Shown here piece by piece: positions 43,551-53,140 of a stretch of 64,000 nt of DNA; position 1 is the stretch's first letter, and the number at the start of each line of letters is the position of its first letter. Source of the stretch: Chloroflexota bacterium. Lineage in GTDB: Bacteria > Chloroflexota > Dehalococcoidia > Lucifugimonadales > Australimonadaceae. The notes below the pieces were generated by a model. The model saw only the letters and a program-made list of their open reading frames with translations, ran no database searches and was not told the DNA's origin. The position numbers and the translations under genes are program-made. The DNA is taken from the NCBI GenBank assembly GCA_028874795.1, contig JAPPHT010000008.1:77968-141967 (forward strand), written 5' to 3'.

Positions 43551-44279
43551 ATGGAGATCATCCCCGCCATAGACCTGCGAGGAGGGGCCGTTGTCAGGCT
43601 CCTCCAGGGCAACTACGACCGCCAGACCACGTTCGGCGACGACCCCGTTGGCGTCGCGCGCGGCTTCGAGGCTGACGGCGCGCCGCGTATCCACGTTGTG
43701 GACCTGGACGGCGCGCGCGAGGGGCGGCGCACCCAGGCCGCCGAGGTCCGCGCCGTCGCCGCTGCGGTCGGCATCCCCATCGAGCTTGGCGGCGGCCTCC
43801 GCTCGGCGGACGTCATCGCCGAGGTGATAGCCGACGGAGTCGACCGCGTTGTGCTCGGCACCGCCGCTGTTGAGGAGCCCGAGCTCATCGAGCAGGCGCT
43901 CGCCGCCCACGGTGCGGAGCGCGTTATCGTCGGTATCGACGCCCGCGAAGGCATCGCCTCCGTCTCAGGGTGGACGGAGAGCGGCGCCATCCCCGCGCCC
44001 GACCTGCTCAACCGCATGGTCGACGTCGGCGTGCGCCGCTTCATCTACACCGACATCACCCGCGACGGCACGCTCACCTCGCCGAACTTCTCAGCCGTCA
44101 GCGACATGGTGGAACGGGCCGATGCCGCGGGCGGCGCGCGCATCATCGCCTCGGGCGGCATCGCGGAGATAGACCACCTCCGCACGCTCGCCAGCATCGG
44201 AGCGGAGGGCGCCATCATCGGCGCCGCCATCTACCTCGGCACCCTCGACCTCGCCGCGGCCGTCGCAGAGCTCGGCTAG
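43551..44279 (+). CDS. hisA: ProFAR isomerase HisA
   Basis: MEIIPAIDLRGG..VRL.QG, VVDLDGA, TDI.RDGT, ASGG. 242 aa. Confidence 0.9.
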   Translation: MEIIPAIDLRGGAVVRLLQGNYDRQTTFGDDPVGVARGFEADGAPRIHVVDLDGAREGRRTQAAEVRAVAAAVGIPIELGGGLRSADVIAEVIADGVDRVVLGTAAVEEPELIEQALAAHGAERVIVGIDAREGIASVSGWTESGAIPAPDLLNRMVDVGVRRFIYTDITRDGTLTSPNFSAVSDMVERADAAGGARIIASGGIAEIDHLRTLASIGAEGAIIGAAIYLGTLDLAAAVAELG

Positions 44280-44355
44280 CATCCCTCGCACTCGGCGCAG
44301 CCCGCGCCTGCCCGTGATAATCTAGCCGTATCCATACACCCACTGCGGAGGATGA

Positions 44356-46632
44356 TTGCACATGGCTGCTCCCCTAGTTGATTCCACACCAGCATTCGTC
44401 GAGGAGGCGTACCGCAAGATGGAGCAGCGGCTCCAGGCCGTGCGCGACCGACTCGGACGACCGCTCACCTACGCCGAGAAGGTCCTGCTCGGACACCTCG
44501 ACGACCCCACCGATGCCGACCTCCTCCCCGGCGAGAGCTACCTCAACCTCCGCCCCGATCGCGTCGGCCTCCAGGACGTGACTGGCCAGATGGCCATCCT
44601 CCAGTTCATGCAGGCGGGCAAGCCCACCACCGCCGTCCCCAGCACCGTCCACTGCGACCATCTCATCACCGCGTTCGAGGGCGCCCTCGCCGACACCAAC
44701 CTCGCGAAGAGCGAGAGCCGCGAGGTCTACGACTTCCTGCGCTCTTCCGCCGCGAAGTACGGGCTCGGCTTCTGGGGCCCCGGCTCCGGCATCATCCACC
44801 AGGTCATCCTGGAGAACTACGCCTTCCCCGGCCTCATGATCATCGGCACCGACTCCCACACGCCCAACGCGGGCGGACTCGGCGCGTTCGCCTCCGGTGT
44901 TGGCGGCGCTGACGCGGTCGACGTCATGGCCGGCTTCCCGTGGGAGGTGCTCTACCCTCGCCTCATCGGCGTGAAGCTGACCGGCTCCATGAGCGGCTGG
45001 ACCGCTCCCAAGGACGTCATCCTCAAGCTCGCCGGCATCCTCACCGTCTCCGGCGGCACCAACGCCGTCGTCGAGTACTTCGGCCCCGGTGTCCGCTCCA
45101 TCAGCGCCACCGGCAAGGCGACCATCTGCAACATGGGCGCCGAACTCGGCGCCACAACCTCCATCTTCCCCTACGACGAGCACGCCGCCGCCTACCTCCG
45201 CGCGACCGGCCGCCCCGAGCTCGCCGACCTCGCCGACCGGTACGCCCACCTGCTCGCCGCCGACGCCGAGGTCGAGGACGAGCCCGAGAAGTACTTCGAC
45301 CGCATCGTCGAGATCGACCTGGACACGCTGGAGCCGCATGTCGTCGGACCGCACACGCCGGACCTCGCGCGCCCCATCTCCGAGCTTGCGGACGCCGTCA
45401 TCAAGGAGAACTACCCGGACCGGCTCTCCGCAACCCTCATCGGCTCCTGCACCAACTCCTCGTATGAGGACGTCTCCCGCGCCGCCAACGTCGCCCGGCA
45501 GGCCGCCGAGCACGGCGTCGGGGCGGCGGTCGACTTCCTCGTCACCCCCGGCTCGGAGGCCGTCAACGCCACGATCCAGCGCGACGGCCAGATGGCCGCG
45601 CTTGAGTCCGTCGGCGCGAGCGTCATGGCCAACGCCTGCGGCCCCTGCATCGGCCAGTGGAAGCGCCCCACCATCAACCCCGGCGACGTCAACTCCATCG
45701 TCACGTCGTTCAACCGCAACTTCCCCGCCCGCAACGACGCCAACCCCTCCACCATGAACTTCATCGCGAGCCCGGAGATCGTCACCGCGTTCGCCCTCGC
45801 CGGACGCCTCTCCTTCAACCCCATGACCGACACGCTCACCGGCGCTGACGGCCAGCCCTTCAAGCTCGACCCGCCCGGCGAGGCCCCCGAGGTGCCGGAG
45901 GACGGCTTCGCGGGGCGCGGCTTCGGCTACGAGCCCCCCGCCGAGGACGGCAGCGCCATCGTCGTGAACGTCGACCCTGAGTCCACCCGCCTGCAGGTGC
46001 TCTCCCCGTTCCCCCGCTGGGACGGCAACGACTTCGAGCGTGTGCAGGTGCTCGTGAAGGCCAAGGGCAAGTGCACGACCGACCACATCTCGCCCGCAGG
46101 ACCGTGGCTGCGCTTCCGCGGCCACCTCGAGCGGCTGAGCGACAACGCCTTCCTCGGCGCGGTCAACGCCTTCACCGACGAGCGCGGCGAGGGGCTGAAC
46201 CAGGTCACCGGCGAGCGCGCCCCCTTCCCGCAGGTCGCCCGCTACTACAAGGAGCACGGCCTCGGCTGGGTCGCCGTCGGCGACTTCAACTACGGCGAGG
46301 GCAGCTCCCGCGAGCACGCCGCGATGTCGCCCCGCCTGCTCGGCGCCAGGGCCGTCATCGTACGCAGCTTCGCCCGCATCCACGAGACCAACCTCAAGAA
46401 GCAGGGCATCCTTCCGCTCACCTTCAGCGACCCCGACGACTACGACAAGATCCTCGAGGCCGACACCATCAGCATCACCGGCCTGAACGAGATCGCTCCC
46501 GGCAAGCCTGTCCGCGCCGTCATCCACCACTTCGAGGGCGGCGACGAGGACATCGAGCTCACCCACACCATGAGCGACGAGCAGCTCGCCTGGTTCCGCG
46601 CCGGCGCCGCGCTCAACATCCTGGGCAAGTAG
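44356..46632 (+). CDS. Aconitate hydratase (about 755-aa mitochondrial-type aconitase family)
   Basis: GSGIIHQ, GTDSHTPNAGG, the three cluster Cys regions (IGSCTNSS, ANACGPCIGQW), and the swivel domain with GEGSSREHAA. The start is TTG 44356 or ATG 44362. Confidence 0.9.
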   Translation: MHMAAPLVDSTPAFVEEAYRKMEQRLQAVRDRLGRPLTYAEKVLLGHLDDPTDADLLPGESYLNLRPDRVGLQDVTGQMAILQFMQAGKPTTAVPSTVHCDHLITAFEGALADTNLAKSESREVYDFLRSSAAKYGLGFWGPGSGIIHQVILENYAFPGLMIIGTDSHTPNAGGLGAFASGVGGADAVDVMAGFPWEVLYPRLIGVKLTGSMSGWTAPKDVILKLAGILTVSGGTNAVVEYFGPGVRSISATGKATICNMGAELGATTSIFPYDEHAAAYLRATGRPELADLADRYAHLLAADAEVEDEPEKYFDRIVEIDLDTLEPHVVGPHTPDLARPISELADAVIKENYPDRLSATLIGSCTNSSYEDVSRAANVARQAAEHGVGAAVDFLVTPGSEAVNATIQRDGQMAALESVGASVMANACGPCIGQWKRPTINPGDVNSIVTSFNRNFPARNDANPSTMNFIASPEIVTAFALAGRLSFNPMTDTLTGADGQPFKLDPPGEAPEVPEDGFAGRGFGYEPPAEDGSAIVVNVDPESTRLQVLSPFPRWDGNDFERVQVLVKAKGKCTTDHISPAGPWLRFRGHLERLSDNAFLGAVNAFTDERGEGLNQVTGERAPFPQVARYYKEHGLGWVAVGDFNYGEGSSREHAAMSPRLLGARAVIVRSFARIHETNLKKQGILPLTFSDPDDYDKILEADTISITGLNEIAPGKPVRAVIHHFEGGDEDIELTHTMSDEQLAWFRAGAALNILGK

Positions 46633-46662
46633 GGATGGACCGCACGTAGGGAGGAGTACGCC

Positions 46663-47601
46663 ATCATCGACCCCAACCTGCGTTTCGGCATCGCCATACC
46701 CCAGCGGTTCACCGGCGAGGTCAACGTCGCGGTGCTGCCGCCCTTCTTCGCGGCTGTCGAGGAGCTGGGCTACCACAGCTGCTGGGTCGTCGAGCAGGCC
46801 ATCAACGCCCAGAACGACCTCGCCCCCATCCCCCTGCTCTCCTACGCCGCCGCCCTCACCAGCAAGGCGCGACTCGGCAGCTCCGTCCTCATCAGCGTCC
46901 TGCGCAACCCCATCAACCTCGCCAAGAGCCTCGCGACCCTCGACCGCCTCTCGCACGGACGGCTCATCGCCGGCGTGGGCATGGGCAACGCCACCGGTGC
47001 GCCCTTCTCCGAAGCGTTCGGCGCGCCAGCCGCGGGCAAGGCAGCCCGCTTCGAGGAGGGGCTCGTGCTCATGCAGCGACTCTGGACCGGCGAGCGCGTC
47101 ACCTTCGACGGCCGCTTCTGGCAGCTGAACGACGCCTTCATCAGCCCCACGCCCGTCCAGGAGCGCATCCCGCTCTGGTTCGGCGGACACGCCCCCGCCG
47201 CGCTTGACCGCGCCGCCCGGCTGGGCGACGGCTGGATGGGCGCGGGCGCAACGTCGACGGCACGCTTCGCTGAGGAGCAGGATGCGATGCGCGCCCGCCT
47301 CGACGCCCACGGACGCGACCCCGCAACGTTCACGACCTCGAAGCGCGTGTTCATCGGCGTGGAGGACGACGCTGAGACCGCCCTGCGGCGGATGCAGCCG
47401 TGGTTCACGATGCACTCCGGCAGCGGACAGCGCGCCGAGCGTGTCGGCGTCTACGGCACGCCGCAGCAGTGCGCCGAGGGACTCGCAGCTATCGCCGACA
47501 CCGGCCTCGGCCTCATCGCCCTCAACCCCCTCTACGACCACGAGCAGCAGGCCCGCCGCCTCGCCAACGAGGTTCTCCCCCTCATGGGGCTCAGCCTCTA
47601 G
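46663..47601 (+). CDS. Luciferase-like monooxygenase (LLM) class flavin/F420-dependent oxidoreductase
   Basis: LLM pattern (FGIAIPQ..., GYHSCWVVEQ, RLGSSVL, HGRLIAGVGMG, GTPQQCAEGL). The first canonical start is GTG 46732. The conserved first beta-strand lies upstream of it, and GGAGGAG sits 6 nt before ATC 46663 (see findings). Confidence 0.75.
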   Translation: MIDPNLRFGIAIPQRFTGEVNVAVLPPFFAAVEELGYHSCWVVEQAINAQNDLAPIPLLSYAAALTSKARLGSSVLISVLRNPINLAKSLATLDRLSHGRLIAGVGMGNATGAPFSEAFGAPAAGKAARFEEGLVLMQRLWTGERVTFDGRFWQLNDAFISPTPVQERIPLWFGGHAPAALDRAARLGDGWMGAGATSTARFAEEQDAMRARLDAHGRDPATFTTSKRVFIGVEDDAETALRRMQPWFTMHSGSGQRAERVGVYGTPQQCAEGLAAIADTGLGLIALNPLYDHEQQARRLANEVLPLMGLSL

Positions 47602-47604
47602 CTC

Positions 47605-47848
47605 GGTCCCTTCCCCCTCGACGGGGGAAGGTTAGAGCCTGCCCCGCACTTGATGCGGGGATGGGGGTGTCCGCCTGATCCCCTCGCCCCACAAGGGGAG
47701 AGGGCTAGGGAGAGGGTACTGCAAGGGCTCGGGGCGTCCCTCTGTCGTTCCTGCGCAGGCAGGAACCCCGCATCCTCTTGGTCGCCCGTCCCCTCGCCCC
47801 CTGGGAGAGGGAGCCGCGTAGCGGCGGGTGAGGGTGAACCGGCGGGGC
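47605..47848 (+). repeat. Repeat cluster (family A composite, two family A variants, family D)
   Basis: ggtcccttccccctcgacgggggaaggttagagcctgccccgcacttgatgcgggg at 47605, ctgtcgttcctgcgcaggcaggaacc at 47742, and ...gcggcgggtgagggtgaaccgg at 47820. Confidence 0.8.
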
Positions 47849-47866
47849 GGCGTGGAGGCCTCCCCC

Positions 47867-49651
47867 CTACCTCGTCCCGCCGAGCTTGTGCAGCTCGTCC
47901 GGGAGCGTGGGCAGTTGCACCGCGATGACCGCTGGCGAGCCGTTCCGCACCTCGGCGAGACCGCGCTTGAGCGCAGGCCCAACCTCCGCCGGGTCGGTCA
48001 CAGACTCCCCGTAGCCGTTCGCCACCTCGGCCAGCTTCGCGAAGTCCGGCGGCGGGTCGAACAGCCCGCCCTCGTATCCCGCCGACGCCGCGTAGCCGCC
48101 GGGGTACGCCCCGTCCACGCCCGCCGTGCCCGTGCTGTACGACCTGTTGACGAACACCACCGTCAGGAACGGCGTCTTGTAGTGCCCCGACGACCAGAGC
48201 GCCGCGAGCGGGCTGCCGAACATGAAGTAGCCGTCGCCGGTCACGAGCACCACGTCCCGGTCGGGTGCGGCGGTCTTCGCGCCGAACGCCGCGCCGGTGC
48301 CCCAGCCGCCCGCGCTGCCGCCGCTCTTGAAGTACGAGCCCGGCAGGCTGCGGCCGTGGTACGGACGGAACGCGGCGGTCGAGCTGAGCGTGTCGTCCAG
48401 GACGATCGCCTGCTCCTCCAGCATCTGCCCGATCTGGTAGCCGACCCACCGCGGGCTGATGGGGTCGCGCGTTGCCACCCGCATCGCGGCGTCCTCGTCC
48501 TGCTGCCGGATCTCCGCCTTGCGCTGCGCCAGCCGCTCCCGACGCTCCTCGATGCGGCCCATGTCCGCCTTCGTGAGTATGGCGGCGGCCTGCTCGTAGA
48601 CCGCGTCCGCGAACGGTCCGGCGAGCACCGGCAGCCACACGTCGGCGTGGAACTCCATCGTCTTGTAGCGCGACTGCACCGGGTCCGGGTCCACCCACGC
48701 GATCTTCGTGCCGGGGCGCGGCGCGTTCGCCGGCACGTACGGCACCGGCGTCTCGATGACGACCACCACGTCCGCCTGCGCGGCTGACGGCCCCGTGCCA
48801 TAGAGCGGGTGCGTCGTCGGGAAGTTCATCGTCATCGTGCGGTCGGAGTCCATCATCGGCAGCGCGAGCAGCTCAGCCAGCCGGACGAGCGAGGCCACCG
48901 ACCCGCTGTTGCGGCCCGACTGCCCCAGGATGACGACCGGGTTATCCGCCTTCACGAGCCACTCCGCGACGCGCTTCGCGTCCGACGGGTCCGGCCAGGC
49001 GGGGCGCGCCACGCCGAGCTCGTCTCGTGTCGGGAAGCGCGTCTTGCCGGGCAGCGGAAGCATCGCGGCCTCCTGCGGCACGGTCATGTAGACCGGCCCG
49101 CGCGGCTCGCTCATCGCCACCTGCAGCAGACGGCTCACGATGAGGCCGGGGTTGTCCGTGTGGTCGAGCCGGTGGTCGAGCTTCGTGTACTGCCGCACGA
49201 TCTCGCCCTGGTCGCGCGGCTCCTGCACCCACTGCACGCTGTTGCCGCGCGCCCCCCGCATCGAGCCGGGATAGGCGCGCGGCCCGGCGCCCGCCGTGAT
49301 GAGCACCGGGTAGCTGCCGCGCCACGCGGTGTGGAGCCCCGCGCCGTAGTTGAACGTACCGACGTCCACGTGCGCCGCGGTCGCGGCCGGCTGCTCGCGC
49401 ACCATCGCGCTGCCGAGCGCGGCGTTCAGCGCCGAGCCCTCGTGCGTCACCGTGAGGAGGCGCGGCGCGGGCCAGCCCTTCGCGGCGGCGCGCGCAATGG
49501 CCTCCTGGTAGAAGCCAATCTCGGAGCCGGAGACGAAGAAGAAGTGCTCAACGCCGCCGAGTTTCATCGCGGTGGTGATGGCGTCCGCCCACTCGTCGGC
49601 GTCGTGCTCGCTCCAGCTCGGGTCTGCTGCGATGGTGCGGTCCTCAACCAT
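47867..49651 (-). CDS. Thiamine diphosphate-dependent enzyme (acetolactate synthase large-subunit-like family)
   Basis: Three-domain ThDP enzyme pattern with a C-terminal ThDP motif GDGYFMF...VVFVNRSY. ATG 49651 has AGGAGG 5 nt upstream. The track ORF begins 13 codons earlier. Confidence 0.8.
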   Translation of the reverse strand: MVEDRTIAADPSWSEHDADEWADAITTAMKLGGVEHFFFVSGSEIGFYQEAIARAAAKGWPAPRLLTVTHEGSALNAALGSAMVREQPAATAAHVDVGTFNYGAGLHTAWRGSYPVLITAGAGPRAYPGSMRGARGNSVQWVQEPRDQGEIVRQYTKLDHRLDHTDNPGLIVSRLLQVAMSEPRGPVYMTVPQEAAMLPLPGKTRFPTRDELGVARPAWPDPSDAKRVAEWLVKADNPVVILGQSGRNSGSVASLVRLAELLALPMMDSDRTMTMNFPTTHPLYGTGPSAAQADVVVVIETPVPYVPANAPRPGTKIAWVDPDPVQSRYKTMEFHADVWLPVLAGPFADAVYEQAAAILTKADMGRIEERRERLAQRKAEIRQQDEDAAMRVATRDPISPRWVGYQIGQMLEEQAIVLDDTLSSTAAFRPYHGRSLPGSYFKSGGSAGGWGTGAAFGAKTAAPDRDVVLVTGDGYFMFGSPLAALWSSGHYKTPFLTVVFVNRSYSTGTAGVDGAYPGGYAASAGYEGGLFDPPPDFAKLAEVANGYGESVTDPAEVGPALKRGLAEVRNGSPAVIAVQLPTLPDELHKLGGTR

Positions 49652-49781
49652 GGCGGGCCTCCTGTGTTCGGGCGGATGCTGCGAGCGCAACGATACGGCG
49701 CGGGCGGCGGCGTGGCAAACGGCGCGCCCACCCGCAGCTGTTCAGAACTGATGAGGCCTTGTCGACCGGTAGGGCGCTTTG

Positions 49782-49917
49782 CCTTGTCATGTTGAGCGGA
49801 GCCGTCGGCGCCAGCCGATGGCGGAGTCGAAACATCTCTCCGGGAGAACCTTGGTGAACGACGACGCTCCCCCGAGAGATTCCTCGACTCCGCTGGCGCT
49901 CCGCTCGGAATGACAAC
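49782..49917. repeat. MITE-like unit with inverted family B ends
   Basis: ccttgtcatgttgagcggagcc...ggagtcgaaacatctctccggg (49782-49843) and cccgagagattcctcgactccgctggcgctccgctcggaatgacaaca (49871-49917) are inverted copies. Confidence 0.75.
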
Positions 49918-49952
49918 ACCTGAAGTCTGAACAGTTACGCCCACCCGCGCGG

Positions 49953-49961
49953 TGGTAGAGT
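49953..49961 (+). promoter_or_regulatory. Extended -10 promoter (TGgTAGAGT) 7 nt upstream of ATG 49969; implies a leaderless mRNA
   Basis: The sequence reads cggTGgTAGAGTtggagggATGgcc. Confidence 0.5.
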
Positions 49962-49968
49962 TGGAGGG

Positions 49969-51258
49969 ATGGCCGCCGAGCGACAAGGGGAGGAGCCGGG
50001 CGCCGGGAGCGTTCCGCTGGGACGGTGGGGCGCGCTTGCGTTCCGCGACTTCCAGCTGTACTGGACCCAGGGCCTGCTGCAGGGGCTTGCGCGGAACATG
50101 CGCGACCTCCTGCTCGGCTACCTGGTCTTCGACCTCACCGGCTCCACGCTGGACCTCGGCATCACCGGCGTATTCATGACGATGCCGGTCATCGTGCTCG
50201 GCCTGCTGGGCGGGGCGCTCGCGGACGCCGTGGACCGGAAGCGGCTGCTGATCTACACGCACGCGGCGAACTTCGCGGGGATGGCCCTGCTGCCCGTGCT
50301 GATATTCACGGGCGCCGTGCAGGTGTGGCACCTGTGGCTGCTCGCGAGTTTCTGGGCCGGCATGAGCATCCTGGGGCGTCCCGCGGAGCGGGCCTTCCTG
50401 CCCCGGCTGCTGCCCAGGAGCCACGTCATGAACGGCATCACCTGGTTCGGCGCCCTCAGCCAGGGCACGCTGTTCGGCGGGCCGCTCATCGGCGGCGTGC
50501 TCATCGCGGTGGTGGGAGTGGGCTGGGCGTTCGTCGTCAACGCCGCGCTCATCTTCCTGGCCATCGTCGCAACGATCGCGATCCGCACGTCCGGCGGGCA
50601 GATCGGCGAGGCCCGGCGGGTATCGCTCGCAGCGATATGGGAGGGGGCGCGGTTCCTGAGGACCAAGGAGGTGCTCTGGGGCGCGTACCTCATGGACTTC
50701 GGGGTGATGTCGTTCGGGTTCTTCCGCATCATCATGCCGGCGCTGGCGGAAGACGTCTACGGCGTGGGCTCGGTCGGTCTGGGGATGCTCGTCGCCGCCC
50801 CTGCGGCCGGCTCCTTCCTCGGCACAGCCGTCCTGCTCCGCATGGGCGACCCGCCACGCAAGGGCGTCATCATCGTGCTCTCCAACGTGGGCTACTCGCT
50901 CGGGCTCGCCGCGCTGGGACTGGCCGCGCTGGCGTTGTCGTCGTGGTTCTACCTGGCGCTCGCCGTGCTGGCGGTCCTCGGCCTGATGGACGTCGTCAGC
51001 TTCACCGCGAGGCAGGCGCTCATCCAGCTCGTGGCGCCCGACTACTACCGCGGCCGCGTGGGCAGCTTCTCCTCGATCCTCGCCGGGCTGGGGAACGGGA
51101 CGGGCTCGGCCGTCATAGGCGGCGTGTCATCGCTGGCGGGGGTGCCCGGAGCGTTCATCATCAACGGCTGCATCTGCCTGGGCATCACCGCGGCGTCCGG
51201 GCTGACCTGGCGCGGCATCTGGCGCCACGACCAGCGCACCGAGCCCCCGGCCGACTGA
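49969..51258 (+). CDS. MFS transporter (MFS_3/enterobactin-exporter-like)
   Basis: 429 aa with about 12 hydrophobic helices. FRDFQLYWTQGLLQGLARNM...GGALADAVDRKRLL is typical of this subfamily. Confidence 0.8.
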   Translation: MAAERQGEEPGAGSVPLGRWGALAFRDFQLYWTQGLLQGLARNMRDLLLGYLVFDLTGSTLDLGITGVFMTMPVIVLGLLGGALADAVDRKRLLIYTHAANFAGMALLPVLIFTGAVQVWHLWLLASFWAGMSILGRPAERAFLPRLLPRSHVMNGITWFGALSQGTLFGGPLIGGVLIAVVGVGWAFVVNAALIFLAIVATIAIRTSGGQIGEARRVSLAAIWEGARFLRTKEVLWGAYLMDFGVMSFGFFRIIMPALAEDVYGVGSVGLGMLVAAPAAGSFLGTAVLLRMGDPPRKGVIIVLSNVGYSLGLAALGLAALALSSWFYLALAVLAVLGLMDVVSFTARQALIQLVAPDYYRGRVGSFSSILAGLGNGTGSAVIGGVSSLAGVPGAFIINGCICLGITAASGLTWRGIWRHDQRTEPPAD

Positions 51259-51322
51259 CCGCCGCCCGTACAGCAGACCCTTGCGTGAGTGGGCGCAGGT
51301 GCGGTTGGACTGGCCAGGATGT

Positions 51323-51392
51323 CTGGTTCCCTCTCCTCGGGGAGAGGGTTAGAGCCTGCCCCGCACTTGATGCGGGGGTGAGGGCCCTCGGC
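51323..51392 (+). repeat. Family A composite hairpin repeat
   Basis: ctggttccctctcctcggggagagggttagagcctgccccgcacttgatgcgggggtgagggccctcgg. Confidence 0.8.
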
Positions 51393-51422
51393 GGGGTGGA
51401 CGGGTTGCCCAGACGCCCTGCC

Positions 51423-52172
51423 CTACGCCGACGCCTTCCCCTGCGCCGCGACGGCCGCCATCGCCTGCTCGACCGCCGCCTGGTCACCGAGGTAGCGGCT
51501 GCCCAACGGCGAGAGGTCGTCCGCGAGGTCGTACACGAGCGGGACGCCGGTGGGGATGTTGAGGTCGATGATGTCGGCGTCCGAGATGTTGTCGAGGTGC
51601 TTCACGAGCGCGCGGAGGCTGTTGCCGTGGGCGACGATGAGGACGCGCTTGCCGGCGCGGATATCCGGCGCGATGGCGCTCTCCCAGTACGGCACGAAGC
51701 GCGCGACCGTCTCCTTCAGCGCCTCCGTGAGCGGCATCTCGTCCGCGGGGATGGACGCGTAGCGCGGGTCGCGGCCGGGGTGACGCTCGTCGTCGGGCGT
51801 GAGCGCGGGGGGCGGGACATCGTAGCTCCTGCGCCAGAGGAGTACCTGCTCCTCGCCGTGCTCCGCGGCGGTCTCGGCCTTGTTGAGGCCCTGGAGCGCG
51901 CCGTAGTGGCGCTCGTTCAGCCGCCAGTCCCGGATGACGGGGATCCACATCAGGTCCATCTCGTCGAGGACGATCCAGAGGGTGCGGATCGCGCGCTTGA
52001 GCACGGACGTGTAGGCGACGTCGAAGGTGAAGCCCTCCTCCAGCAGCAGTTGGCCCGAGCGCGCGGCCTCCTCCCGTCCGGTGTCGGTGAGGTCGACGTC
52101 GGTCCAGCCGGAGAAGCGGTTGGAGAGGTTCCAGTCGCTTTCGCCGTGTCGCAGGAGCACTACCTGGGGCAT
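51423..52172 (-). CDS. gpmA: 2,3-bisphosphoglycerate-dependent phosphoglycerate mutase
   Basis: [37 protein letters not shown]. 249 aa. Confidence 0.92.
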   Translation of the reverse strand: MPQVVLLRHGESDWNLSNRFSGWTDVDLTDTGREEAARSGQLLLEEGFTFDVAYTSVLKRAIRTLWIVLDEMDLMWIPVIRDWRLNERHYGALQGLNKAETAAEHGEEQVLLWRRSYDVPPPALTPDDERHPGRDPRYASIPADEMPLTEALKETVARFVPYWESAIAPDIRAGKRVLIVAHGNSLRALVKHLDNISDADIIDLNIPTGVPLVYDLADDLSPLGSRYLGDQAAVEQAMAAVAAQGKASA

Positions 52173-52253
52173 CGTTCATCCTCCGCGTGATGTATCCGCT
52201 TGCATTGTGCCACAAGCCCCGCGCCTCCGGGGCCTTATCACCTCGTCCCTGCG

Positions 52254-52975
52254 GGACGTGGGGCGCAGCCCCCGTCATTCCAGCGGAGGCTGGAATCCAG
52301 ACGTGCGTGGCACCCTCTGCCCGTCGTTCCCGCGCTTCAGCGCGCAACCCCGCATCCCTGCCGCCTTGTCCCCCTCGCCCCCTGGGAGAGCAACGCGCTT
52401 CAGCGCGCGGTGAGGGTACCGTCGGCCGCCGACGCGGGGCGCAGCCCCCGTCATTCCAGCGGAGGCTGGAATCCAGAGGCGGTGGGGTGCGGCTCGGGTG
52501 TAGGGGCGTCCCTTGTGGGCGCCCTTGGGCCCAGGGCAGCCACGAGAGCTGCCCCTACACCGATCCACGCTCCTGCCCTGCACCCCCGATGACCAGCAAC
52601 TGACCACCGAATCAACCCCGCCTGCACACCGCCTGCGCGCGGATGACCCCGGATGCACATGCCGCTCCACTCCTGTGGAGGACGCTCCCAGAGGCTTTGG
52701 GGAAGTCCGCCGCAAAAAAGTGTCTCATTTCGACTCATTCTGCGCCATTCCACTCCTGCGACCCCCACTCGCTCCTGGGAGAGAGCCTGCCCTGAGCTTG
52801 CCGAACGGGGCAAAGCGCGTCAGCGCGCGGGTGAGGGCGCCCCACCGCTCATGGTGAGCCGTGCTTCCCGCTCGTGGCGAACCGTGCTTCCGCTCATGGT
52901 GAGCCTGTCGAACCACCAGCGTACGCGCCCCTGCCGCGACCGCGAAAGGGCCGCGTGTCACATGGGTGGGGAAGG
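52254..52975. repeat. Large intergenic repeat cluster (families C x2, D, A variants, F x2, E)
   Basis: Components:
- Direct repeat gacg.ggggcgcagcccccgtcattccagcggaggctggaatccaga at 52254 and 52431.
- ccgtcgttcccgcgcttcagcgcgc at 52321.
- Family A long-insert variant at 52770-52842.
- gctcatggtgagcc twice, at 52847 and 52893.
- Inverted family E copy at 52914-52971. Confidence 0.8.
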
Positions 52976-53140
52976 GAGGAGGGGCCTGGCCCGCCGAGCG
53001 CGTTCCAAGACAAGACTTCGGCCTACGCATCACGTTGCCATCGGGGTCGACACGACTGCAAGTTCAGTACTTTCCAGTGTGAGCAGGCGGTACAATGAGA
53101 ACTCTGTGACGCTTGAGCAAACCCCAATAGGGTTGTACCT

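Noticed and set aside
44374-47541. A 1,055-aa ORF on the minus strand, the longest non-helicase ORF in the track
   Set aside because: It is exactly antisense to the aconitase and LLM genes. Its translation is a low-complexity mix of G, A, V, D and E with no motif. Long stop-free antisense frames are expected at about 70% GC.
50025-52190. A 721-aa plus-strand ORF
   Set aside because: It is an alternative frame of the MFS transporter and antisense to gpmA, with an Arg/Gly/Pro-rich composition and no domain pattern.
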